DNA from: Takakia lepidozioides
Taxonomy: Eukaryota; Plantae; Bryophyta
Assembly (NCBI GenBank): GCA_030704615.1
Contig: CM060733.1
Location: forward strand, 2,852,001 to 2,916,000
DNA length: 64,000 bases
Direction: 5' to 3'
The position numbers were made by a program, and so were the translations under genes. Position 1 is the stretch's first letter; each line of letters starts with the position of its first letter. The notes beneath the pieces were generated by a model. It worked only from the letters and a program-made list of their open reading frames with translations. It was not told the origin of the DNA and ran no database searches. Positions 1-10,420 of this stretch are shown here, in pieces.

Positions 1-845
1 CCGCCATGTCCGACGCAGAACTTGCATCCTTGTCTCTGCCAGGTGGAGGCAGCACGTCTTAAAATATCTATTCCCCCAAGGCCACATTTTGTTTACCTCT
101 TTTTGTGAAAGCCACTTCAGCAAATGTGCTGCCGAGTCATGGGTGCAATGAATGCGCAGTGGTTCATGGAGTCGTTGAGTCGACTACATATTCACTTTAA
201 TGAATAAATATCTTTATTCCATTAATCGAATTAGGAAAGAAAATTTGTAAGTTGCATGTGCAGTAATTACAACCACTTGTAATTTTGGCTTTTTCAAATT
301 TTATGTATTTATGCAATTTGTAAAATAGCCCGGAATTCTGCTACGACTCCGGAGTCGTTGACCCCACTTCTGTCCGCCGTCTGAAATGCCCCCCTGTGCC
401 CACATTGTCTGTTTCGACTCTCCAGTAGTCTCGTTTACTACCAAGTGGTTCCCGGAGTGATCGCGGACATGCAGTTGAATCGAAAAAGACACGAATGCTT
501 CTAGTGCTTGGAATGTTCTAGATAATTTAGAAGAGGAGGATCTTACTGATCATATCAATGCTGAGGATGAAATGTCTCCTGACCCCATGTCGGAAACCTT
601 GTCGCCTGAGGAGCCTGTTGCTGGTGGTAATGTGAAGCCCACCCAAACTGCTCCTGCAGCATCTGGCAGTAAGCCCACTCTTGACATACATGGTATTTGT
701 GATGCTATGACTACATTGTCTAGCTGTCCTGCTCTTATGCAGCTGTTTTTTGACAAATAGGTTGGAACTGTGCCAATGCCCACACCCAAGGAGGCATCCC
801 GAACTCATAAGCGACCATATCCTGACTATGAGGTAGGCCAGGACT

Positions 846-1680
846 TTGACAACTTCCTCAATTTTCGAAATGAGTGTGAATGTCAACGGCTTGCCTGCAG
901 ACATGGTGACGAATTCATTCTGCTTCTGTCTTAAAGGTGAGGCTCGTGACCTGTTTGAAGCTAGCATCAAAGATGAAGGGGAATTAAGGTGGGATGTGGC
1001 CAAGCACTTGGCACTTAAGTTGTTCAGGGCTGATACACCCATTGACTATACTATGCCAGAAAGACCCTATTTGCCAGGAGAGAGTATCTAGAAGTACTAC
1101 ACAGACCTCAAAACTAATGTAGTCAAGGCTATACTAGTACCCTCAGAGCGTTCTGCCATTCTTAAAACTTACTTCATTACGGGTCTGCCTGCATCAGACC
1201 AGGTATACCTGCAGAAACACCCTTACCATGATGAGAGGCACATGGTTGAGATGATGGATGAGAGAATGCGCCTGAAAAATGCTAAGCTAGGTAAACCCAA
1301 TTTCTCATCATTCACACCTTGCCCTGCTGAATGCTCCTGAAGGTTCTCATCTTGTGGCTATGGCTAAGGGATGCTCTGCAGACTTGGCTCATACGCTGAT
1401 TGATGAGGTGAAGCTCTTACAATAGGAACTACACACTCAGTTACAGGCACTTCGCACTGAAGGAACCGTGCATTCGCCACCTGCTAAGACATCACCTGCG
1501 GATAACCATCGTGGCCACACACACACATGGGCTAGGTATGTGGTAAAGGGGAGACGTGTCCCTTGCTTTATTTGTGGCTCTCTTGATCACTGGACACGAT
1601 TTTGCACCTATGCTGATCTTGTTCCTAGCATGATTGAAGAGTATGAGAAGTCCAAGGCCGCAAAGGGCAAACAACCTTTA
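846..1680 (+). pseudogene. gag remnant with CCHC zinc knuckle
   Basis: Gag-like 'FCLKGEARDLF' segment and CFICGSLDHWTRFC (CX2CX4HX4C) at ~1560-1605. Confidence 0.8.
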
Positions 1681-1789
1681 AACGAAGACGATCGTTTGTG
1701 GAGGGGCTGAACGATCATACCATTCAAAGCCCTACTCATAGTGACTATGTCGTTTCAGTCATCTTGTCTAAAGAATTTAAACTGATGCA

Positions 1790-2149
1790 TTGCGAAGCTG
1801 TAGGAAAATGAGGAGGGAACGTGTTCATCCTCTCATGACTCAGTGCCATGTCGGACATCTCTCTTTTGCATGTGTAGTAGACACAGGCTGCACAATTTCT
1901 GCCATACCTCTTTCTGTAGTTAGGATCCTTGGCCTCAAGCCGACTCCTACTACAGGCATGATGGTAACTATTGCAGATGGCACCAATTATGAACCCATAG
2001 GATTAGTTACTCTGCCTATTAAGGTCAGTCACAAATCTGTAGTGCTGACTTGCATCGTCACATTGGGAGAACAATTGCTTCTAGGATTGGACTGGATGCG
2101 TGGTGCTGGTGCCCAGATAGATGTTGCCGACAATGTCATGTGGCTGTAG
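1790..2149 (+). pseudogene. Retropepsin aspartic protease
   Basis: VVDTGC catalytic motif and C-terminal LLLGLDW. Confidence 0.9.
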
Positions 2150-2394
2150 AAGGGGGGTGGCCAGCGCTACAAGGTTCACTCAAACACTTTGTCCCTTCCT
2201 GTTGGTTGTGCCATGGCACATCTCTCTAAGGCCAGTGGTATTGCTCAAGCGGCCAGACAGGCTACTGGTGTTCAATTTAATTGGACTCGGCACTTTAATT
2301 TTGCTGCTCAACCACCTTCCACCTGGCATCAGTGGCAAATCCCCTTGCCTGACAAAAGGTCTAGTGCACCCATACCCATTCCCAGCTTTCTCTG

Positions 2395-2650
2395 GTACGT
2401 TGTCCTCATGACCTTGAGATCCCAGCTTTCTCTCAGCACATTGTGGCAACAGGTCTGACTTTCCTTAGCCCCAGCTACCTAGAAGTGGACGGTTTGGAAA
2501 CAGTTGATGCTGACTAAACATTGCCTTGTGGCTTCTGGGGTTTTGGACAGAGGTTTCAGGGGTGAGCTTCGATTACTTATTGCCAACCCCGAACGAATCC
2601 CTATCAGGCTTCGAAAAGGGCAAGTAGTGGCCCGCCTGAGTGCTGTCCCA
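2395..2650 (+). pseudogene. dUTPase-like domain within gypsy pol (frameshift near 2500)
   Basis: DLEIPAFSQHIVATGL in one frame, then GVLDRGFRGELRLLIAN...IRLRKGQVVARL. These resemble trimeric dUTPase motif 3 (GxID..YRGE) and motif 4 (G.RIAQL). Confidence 0.7.
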
Positions 2651-2958
2651 TTGGAGGACCTTTGCGAGGTCCAATGTGCGCTTAACTTCGCTGACATTGG
2701 TCTGGGATGATCCAGTAGACCAACTCTTACTTATGGCAAGTTTTGTCCCCACCCCTAATCAAACCCAACACCTTGCTCAGGTATTGTTTGAGATCAAGAT
2801 AGATCCTGACCTGACGGATACCCAGCTTACTCAGCTTCATGCTGTAATTCGTGAAAATCTTGATGTTTTTAGCAAGGGTTCTCATGATCTGGGCAAGACT
2901 GCTATCCTGTAGCATGATATAGTCATAGAGGGCAGTCCTCTTAAGCAACATACATATC

Positions 2959-3609
2959 GTGAGAGTGTTACTTGGAGAGGGGTCAAGTGCAAGAGGAAAT
3001 AAAAAAAAGGTTAGATGCAGGAGTCATCAAGCCTTCCATTTCCCCTTGGCTTGTCCAATAGTTTTGGTGGCTAAGAAGGATGGTTCAACTTGCTTTTGTG
3101 TTGATTTTTGTCGTCTGCATGCTCTGACCAAACGTGACGTTTATCCCTTGCCCAGAATTCATGACACCCTGGATCAACTTAATGTTGCTACCATTTTCTC
3201 CTCCTTGGATCTTGCTGCTGGTTTTTGGCAGGTGCCTCTTACTGATGCGGCCAAGGAAAAAACCACCTTTACTTGTAAGCAAGGCATGTTTCAGTTTGAA
3301 ACAATGCATTTTGGCCTTTGCAAAGCCATTGCCACCTTCCAACGTTTGATGGATGTCGTGCTTGGTAATCTTAGATGGGAGTGTGCACTGGTATATGTTG
3401 ATGATATTAATGTGTACTCCCCTGATTTTGTTGCCCATATGCTGGACCTCAGACGTGACTTGTGCCGACTCCGAGGAGCTGGACTCAAAGTAAATGCTAA
3501 GAAGTATGACCTGTGTATGAAAAAACTTCATTTCTTAGGTCATCTGTTGTCAGCTGCCGGCATTAGTCCTGCCAAGGTAAAGGCTGTGTGGGAATACCCT
3601 CATCCCTGA
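2959..3609 (+). pseudogene. Gypsy reverse transcriptase
   Basis: [31 protein letters not shown] and YVDD motifs. Confidence 0.97.
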
Positions 3610-3639
3610 GATAAGAATTGTGTCTGTGCCTTTCTGGGT

Positions 3640-4200
3640 TTGGCCTCGTACTATCGGTGGTTCATTTGTCACTTTGCTCATATAGCAGCTGCTTTGAACA
3701 GATTGCTTTGTAAGGATGTTCGGTTCTCTTGGGGCACAAAGAAAATTTCGACTTTTGAAAAGCTCAAGATTGCCTTGACATCTGCTCCTATCTTGATCTT
3801 TCCTGACTTTGATCAGCCCTTTATCCTTCAGACTGATGCTTCAGATGTGGTTGTATCTGCTATTCTCTGTCAGAAACACAATGGTAAGGAGCATATTGTT
3901 GCTTATGCATCTCGACGACTTGATAAGCATGAACGCAATTATAGTATCACTGATAAAGAGGGGTTGGCTGTTATTTTTGGAGTTAAGCATTTTCGGCAAT
4001 ACTTACATGGGTGTCTCTTTGTGGTTGAGACAGATCATCTTCCATTGAAAGCCTTGAAGACCCCTCGTGAACTATCTGGGCGTCTTGCTCGTTGGTCCTT
4101 AACTTTGCAAATGTTTGATTATGATATTCGCTACAAAAAATGGAAGGAGAACATTAATGCTGATGCTTTGACTCGTAGCGAGCCTAAGTCTCATGTACCC
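3640..4200 (+). pseudogene. Gypsy RT tether and RNase H
   Basis: TDASD, ERNYSITDKEGLA, TDH and NADAL motifs. Confidence 0.95.
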
Positions 4201-4859
4201 TATGTATCTCTTAATGATTTGGCAGCTGCTAGTATACCTTTCTCATGCTCTTCTGCCTGCAGCTTTGAACCAGCACCTAATTTCTTATCTTTGTTTGTCT
4301 CTGCCCAGCAGTCCCTTCCTGACCTTATGTCTGAGTGGAACCTGCTCTCTTTTGTGGCTGGTTAGATTTCTCTTAGAGCGCTAAGTTGTTACTGAAGTCA
4401 CCTTCTTGGTTTTGGTTGGTAACCTACTTCTCCACCCTGTCTCTTACTTTCTTGTTGTTGTTCATGGTCATTGTACTTTCATCTCCATAGGGCATTGCTT
4501 GTGTGCTTCATAGGCCTGTTTGTTCTCTCATGAAGCAGCCCCTTGTTCAGCAGTTGAGCTACACTAAGTATGGAGCCAACAGAGGCGGGCACTCCATATC
4601 TGCTCACACTACCCAAGGGAGTGGCTATGGGATCTGCAGACATGGACGATCTACTTCATCAAGCCCTCCTCCAGAAGTGTAAAACCAATACACATCTGCC
4701 GGACATCTCTTCCCGTCTCCTAAGGCAAGTAAACTATCATCTCCCTTCTCACAGGAAGCATGAAGGTAAGTTGCTTAAGGTGGTTATAGTTCAGGGTCAA
4801 GAGAGTGCCATGGAGGTCCCTACTAGGAGCTCTGTTCCCTCATTGAGAGCTGTATCATG

Positions 4860-5771
4860 CTCTCTCTATGCTGATCATCTTGGCATTGACAAGACGGTAA
4901 AGCGTCTTCAAGAAAAGTACCACTGGAAAGGTTTGAACAAAGACGTCTCTGAATTTTATTGCTAAGTGTGTTCCATATAAATCTAAAACTTTGCTACCTA
5001 GGACCGTTGCTCCACTTAAACTCCATCCCCTTATGACAGAAATGTTTGCACGGGTTGGCTTAGATCTAGTCGGACTTCTCAAGACCACAACCAAGGGCAA
5101 TAGCTACGTAGGAGTGGCTACTGACTACATGTCCAAGTGGGTTGAGATTCGACCTTTGGTCGCTAAAGGATAGTGATGACGTGATGAACAATTCTTTTTT
5201 GATGAAATCATGTTGCGCCATGGCTGTGCCCTTGAAATCTTGACTGACCAGGGTACGGAATTTTGTAACCAGTTGATGGAGGTTGTGTGCTTCAATCTGG
5301 ATGTCAAGCATCGCTTGACAGCTCCTTACAACCCCCAATGCAATGGGCTCACTGAAAGGTTCAACAAGACTATGTGCCAGTTACTGGAGAAAAATGGGGC
5401 CTTAACCGAGGAGTGGGATATCACCTTACCCATACTTATCTTTGCTTATAGGACTTCAGTACATGCTAGCACTCATTGTTTTCCTTTTGAGCTGCTTTAT
5501 GGTCGCAAGGCTCGCACACCTCTTCATGTTCCGGTGCTTCAAGCTCAGGTAGAGGAACCAGTCATCTGGGAAGATTTTCTAACCCGCCTTACTGCTCATC
5601 ATTTGAGTTTGTTTGAAACTGCTAAACACAATATCCATGTGTCACAGGTGGCTCAGGCTTGAAACTATAATCGCAGGGTTGTTTATTCTAAGAACTTCAA
5701 GCTCGGACAGACTGTTTGTGTGAGGTTGCAGCCAGGCAAGTAGGTCACTAAGGCCAAGCTGCGCATCGATG
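4860..5771 (+). pseudogene. Gypsy integrase (HHCC and rve core), cut at the GPY/F motif
   Basis: HLGIDKT, LDLVG, TDQGTEF and YNPQCNGLTERFNKT motifs. Ends ...KAKLRID at the insertion point. Confidence 0.95.
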
Positions 5772-5799
5772 GGGTGTTTGCACGCTACGGTGGACCAAA
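5772..5799 (+). repeat. Left TIR GGGTGTTTGCACGCTACGGTGGACCAAA
   Basis: Inverted match to 27517-27544 with 3 mismatches. Confidence 0.9.
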
Positions 5800-6198
5800 G
5801 GCGGCAGATTCGCTTTCCACACTGGTCCATGCAATTCAAAAGGACGTGGGGCCCGCGCAGCGCGCCACTGCCCGCGAAGTTTAAAAAAAAATGGAAAATC
5901 AGCGCAGGGAGAGTTTGGGGAACCGACAACTGCCGGTTTCCCGTGCGGTGTAGCCAATCGCGTTGGTGGCCCGCATGAGTGGCCACCGGCCGCGTTCTCC
6001 CCCGCCTCCCGTTCTCCCGCCTAAGTCCAATTTTTCCGCGTTCTGAGAGCTTGAAGCTATGGTGTCATCGTGCAGCAGATTTGCACGTGATGAACTGAGT
6101 GCGGAGGAGGTGATAGTACTTAGTGGTTCTTAAACGGATGTAAGGCGCTGTTGTAGAACTACAGTACTGTACCTGAAGGTTGCAAGGGCTTCTTTAGA

Positions 6199-7251
6199 AT
6201 GTCAGGAGGTGAAGAGGAAACGAGTGAGAAGGTGAGAAGGTCAAGAGGAAACGATTTCAGTGTTTTGAGTGGTCATTCTTCGGGTGAGAAGGTCAAGAGG
6301 AAACGAGTGAAGGTAGAAGCAGGGTGCACGATGGTGCAATCGAGTTTCTCTGCACCCTTGCATGCAAAACCCCCTGAACTGATTTTTGATGGGAAGAATC
6401 GTGTCAGTCGGTATGTCTTTGCAGAAAAGTACAAACTTTGTAACCAAGGTATACCTCCCAGAGGTTTGAAGGTCCCTAGAGATTACATAGAGGAGGAGGT
6501 TGCCGAGTTTTTTGGGACTACACTCAACAAGAACGGCTACAGTTATTTACACAATCCTTCAAATATAGAACTTATAACTAGGGTGGAAGAACTCTATATG
6601 ATAGCACATAAAAAAAAAGTCGTCCCTTCCAACCATCAGGTCAGCCACTCAATAGCTCGAGGGATTGTGTGTGAGAGAAAAAACAGACAAGTGAACTGGG
6701 CTGTTTTCGCAGAGTTCGCAAATAGGGACGCCCTTCGCAGAATACAAAGCCTTGCGGGAGTTGCAGATATCAAGAGAAGCATCTCTCTTGTTGAACCTGA
6801 GGAGGAAGGAGTGGAAGTAGGTGTATGCGAACTTGACGAGCTTCAACCCGAATTATCTGACATCCCGGACGCACCAAAGAGAAACATGAGCAGGCCCATG
6901 GTGCGAGCACATCTCCCTGCAAAGACGAGTGGGGGTGTGACAGCACCTGTGCAGGGCGTTGCACAATGGCGTGACATGTTTTGCTATTTGGAAAGGGAGT
7001 TACAGTTATCAGGGGAGTCTCTCGAGATAGTGAAGTTGGCAAGAGATGTGTCTCACCAGGAAGTTCTAGGGTTAAACTCTGAGATGAAAGTTCGTAGAGA
7101 GTTGCATGCCGCCGCAAATGCGAAGCTTGAAACATTGCGGAAGGAACTTGAGGAAGAAAACTTCTTGGACGCGGGGGCCGGCAATTTGCCGAGGCATAGG
7201 ACCTCTTTCAATAGTTATTTTGTGTGTAGATCTCGTAGCGTTAAGATGTAG
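6199..7251 (+). CDS. Element-encoded accessory ORF1 of unknown function (globular N-half plus coiled coil); possible second exon ~7484-7667
   Basis: Uninterrupted 350-aa ORF about 400 bp inside the left TIR, with a heptad-like C-terminal part. Candidate acceptor gtgcag at 7483. Confidence 0.6.
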   Translation: MSGGEEETSEKVRRSRGNDFSVLSGHSSGEKVKRKRVKVEAGCTMVQSSFSAPLHAKPPELIFDGKNRVSRYVFAEKYKLCNQGIPPRGLKVPRDYIEEEVAEFFGTTLNKNGYSYLHNPSNIELITRVEELYMIAHKKKVVPSNHQVSHSIARGIVCERKNRQVNWAVFAEFANRDALRRIQSLAGVADIKRSISLVEPEEEGVEVGVCELDELQPELSDIPDAPKRNMSRPMVRAHLPAKTSGGVTAPVQGVAQWRDMFCYLERELQLSGESLEIVKLARDVSHQEVLGLNSEMKVRRELHAAANAKLETLRKELEEENFLDAGAGNLPRHRTSFNSYFVCRSRSVKM

Positions 7252-7497
7252 GCACCTAACAGTCTTGCAACGACTTATATTAGAATTCAGCTTGTGTGGT
7301 GTGATAAAAAACTTGAAAATGCAAAATGTATATTCTACACCAGTACAATTTGGCATTCTTAGGCCATTTCATAATCAATGTGCCCCATTGCGTTGCATGG
7401 GATTGGAGCTATTGAGTAACATAACTGTGCCGCTCTATTGCACTTGGTAAACCCATTGTTTGAGGTAGTTGTTTTGTGTGCAGATCTGGCAAGACAC

Positions 7498-7580
7498 GCA
7501 AAGTTTTCATGGCAGGAATCAGCGGAAAATAATCTGGGGCAAAGTTTTCATGGCAGGAATCAGCGGAAAATAATCTGGGG
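7498..7580. repeat. 41-bp tandem duplication
   Basis: gcaaagttttcatggcaggaatcagcggaaaataatctggg x2. Confidence 0.9.
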
Positions 7581-8154
7581 GTAGAATGCAACACCACGGA
7601 CATTGTTCAAAAAACTCTCTGTACACTTTCTGGAGTGTTCATCCAAGTCATTCCGGACATAGGTTGAACATGTTGACCATCACTTTCAATAAAACCACAT
7701 TCTACATTTTTTCGCTTGCAATACCTTAAGTAGGGCAGCAGGAAGTGATTGGTGGTGGTGGATCCACACATGGAAAATGTGCCTGTAGTACTAAAATATA
7801 TATTCTCAGGGCCTTCCTCCCGAGCCGCTCAATGTCGAAAGCCAGTCGATGGCTGACACAGACATCACAAGACAATTGTGACACTTGACAACTGTGATGC
7901 CACATATCCTGAATCAAAATGTTCAAGTGAGGCACGATAACTTCAATAACATCCTTTATTAGAAAATTCTTGCATGAAAACAGAGATCACAATGCCACTC
8001 CATAAAATTTGGACACAAAGCTACGAACACATGTGACAAGCAAGTCTTAGCATACTACATTGCTACATTCCAGACACTTGCAACAACAGACACTGTAGAA
8101 ACGTAAGCCCATGGAAAGACTTGCTGTCAGTGAATGATAATCACAGGGACCCGT

Positions 8155-8325
8155 TTACTTCCCCCTGGAATCTCAAAAATTTGTTGACAGCTTGGTGATT
8201 ACTTCCCCCCTGGAATCTCAAAAAATTGTTGACTTGCTGATTACTTCCCCCTAGAATCTCAAAAATTTGTGGACTTGGTGATTATTTCCCCCTGGAATCT
8301 CCCAAATTTGCTGACTTGGTGATTG
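8155..8325. repeat. Minisatellite, 4 x ~41-44 bp
   Basis: ttacttccccctggaatctcaaaaatttgttgacttggtga units. Confidence 0.9.
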
Positions 8326-8426
8326 ACCAACGGACTCTTGTCCGTTTCATGTTGTTACGCTATTCACGTTTCCACTTTCGCGTGATCTGGGTCAAGATTC
8401 GTACTTGATCCTCATGTGAGAAGTCT

Positions 8427-8831
8427 TCAAAGGGAGGCCATCCCAAAAACCATAGGTTTGTTGAGCTTTGGCCACCGCCAGCCAATTTCTCGTAATTTGG
8501 TGCTGCAGGTTGCCAACCTCCTGAAAATCCAACGTCGGGTTAGACGCTCGACTGGATCTTGTACGTGAGGACCTCTGTGAAGGTTTCCTAGCCAATCCAA
8601 GACTACGGAGCACGCATGCTCCACTCTATCCCACCGAGCATGCTCGCGCTTGGCCACCCTCGCTATTCTCAATTGACGCTCAATGTCCATGTTCATACGG
8701 CATTTCAGGTTCTGCTTCGTGCGGAGGGATAGACTTTGCAGCTGATCCACCCGCAACCCGCAAGTCCTCCACACGCTGCTGGGCACTCTATCTAAAAGTA
8801 GTCCTTCTAACCTCCTCCTTCTAGTGCTCAT
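8427..8831 (-). CDS. Small basic ORF of unknown function inside the element
   Basis: MSTRRRRLEG... open for ~134 codons within ORF 8427..9035. No recognised motif. Confidence 0.3.
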   Translation of the reverse strand: MSTRRRRLEGLLLDRVPSSVWRTCGLRVDQLQSLSLRTKQNLKCRMNMDIERQLRIARVAKREHARWDRVEHACSVVLDWLGNLHRGPHVQDPVERLTRRWIFRRLATCSTKLREIGWRWPKLNKPMVFGMASL

Positions 8832-9044
8832 ATTGATCAAGTGACTACAGTGCGCTGCTAGGCGGGAGGGAAATGTGCATGCACAGGCCTGCATAGATAA
8901 TTCAATCAGCCACACCACCACGAGGCAAGCATATAAATTTAGCTGACCACAATATCCCGATCCTTTCAAGTTTCCTTGTTTGTTCCAATGAACTCCAGGC
9001 TCCCTATCCTCTTTAGTAGCTACCATGGATCCCATTCATCACTT

Positions 9045-9330
9045 GGCATCCCAGTGGTAGTGCTGATGAGCCCAAAACCAATGGCCAGCTTTTTGTTGTG
9101 GAGGCAAAGCAAAATTTCCTTTTGCTCCTCCCCCTCATTATACAATACAAAGGTTGTGCCGGGCACACTAGCCTGCCTCCACCATCTGCCCGGACAATCT
9201 TCTCAGCTTTGAGCATGGATTTCGTCAATTCAGGGATGCAATTTTAATTTACGCTGGTGTGCACCTTGTTGCCAATGTCATGGCGGCAGCGACGTCGCTG
9301 CTTCCTCACCCATCTGACCTTCGGACTTCA
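9045..9330 (-). pseudogene. PPR PG-box/E+ and N-half DYW deaminase fragment
   Basis: Manual translation with frameshifts gives DIGNKVHT...GQMVEAG..VPGTTFVLYNEGEEQKEILLCLHNKKLAIGFGLISTTTGMP. HSEK has decayed to HNKK. Confidence 0.85.
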
Positions 9331-10129
9331 GGGTGCTTTTCAGCTTGAATGCATGAAGCACTTCAGTTTCGCGAGTTTGTAGCTGGTACAGTTCTTATTG
9401 TTGTTTTACTTTGTCCACTTGGCCTTTTTATAGACACCACAGGGTGTGTTTTCTGTATTTCTCTCTATTTGTAGCTTGAACTTGCTTTTGTTGCTGATTG
9501 GATGGTTGCCATTGGCCCGGGCACTCTGACTAGCATGCATTACTTACATTGCACCACTCTTTTGCTGTTACACATGCCATAACCCTGCAACCATGTACTG
9601 ATTGCATGACACAAGCCGTGAACTCTGAACCAAACACAGCCTCCCCATGTCTCTCAACAAACAGCTTGGGGAATGAGTTCACTTCTCCATTACTCAAAAG
9701 ATATAATCCAACCAGCATGCTCTCACATCTGGTCAGTCTGAGCCGTGTCTTACTTCTTTCACAACTAATAACTGAGAGAGCCATAACAACAGATCGCAGA
9801 CCCCTAACACCCACACGTGCCCGACCATCATTGTAATTGAAAGACGGCGGCCTGACAGCCCAGCTGCCAATATATCAGACCCATGCCACCTGCCATATCA
9901 GACCCACCCGCCACATTATTACAATGTTGAGTGAGGCCTGCAAGTATACAAAATTCTTTAATAGTGTTGCAATGACAAGTATCAAGTGGAGATGACAACT
10001 ATAAGAAATGAAGAGAAACAGACTGCAGAAGAAAGATTGCCCGACAAGACTGTTAAAGACTTCAACCTGGCAATCATTACCCACGCCTAAGTAGCATGGC
10101 AACCAGATGCTTCCTCTACCTCGTTTCTT

Positions 10130-10420
10130 CCAGCCTTCAGCATGGCTGATCCCTACAACAAAGGTGTGTACTTTGTTGCCAATGTCAATGTGGCAGCGAC
10201 ACAGCTTCTTCCTAACCCCTCGGAACTTCATCAATTTTTTCACCCTTGGAGTATGGACCCACCTGCCAGTTGCAGCATATATATTTGATAGCAACACGTG
10301 AGTAGCAGCATCCTGGTTATCCAACTTCAGAATGGATGTTGCACTGCACATTCAGCCACCTGCAGCTTGCCATGGATTCTACAAGTGCCAAGCAAGGCCA
10401 TCCAAACCCAGCGCACCTAG
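10130..10420 (-). pseudogene. PPR E1-E2-PG-box fragment
   Basis: VWMALLGTCRIHGKLQVAE, then AATHVLLSNIYAATGRW...GVRKK...IDIGNKVHTFVVG. Confidence 0.9.

Larger units (their letters stand above)
572..5771 (+). mobile_element. Ty3/gypsy LTR retrotransposon, 5' part (decayed gag-PR-dUTPase-like-RT-RH-IN), interrupted at 5772
   Basis: Domains occur in the gypsy order PR-RT-RH-IN, with many stops and frameshifts. The 5' LTR was not identified. Confidence 0.95.

Noticed and set aside
8155-8325. CRISPR-like array
   Set aside because: The units are contiguous with no unique spacers, and the context is eukaryotic.
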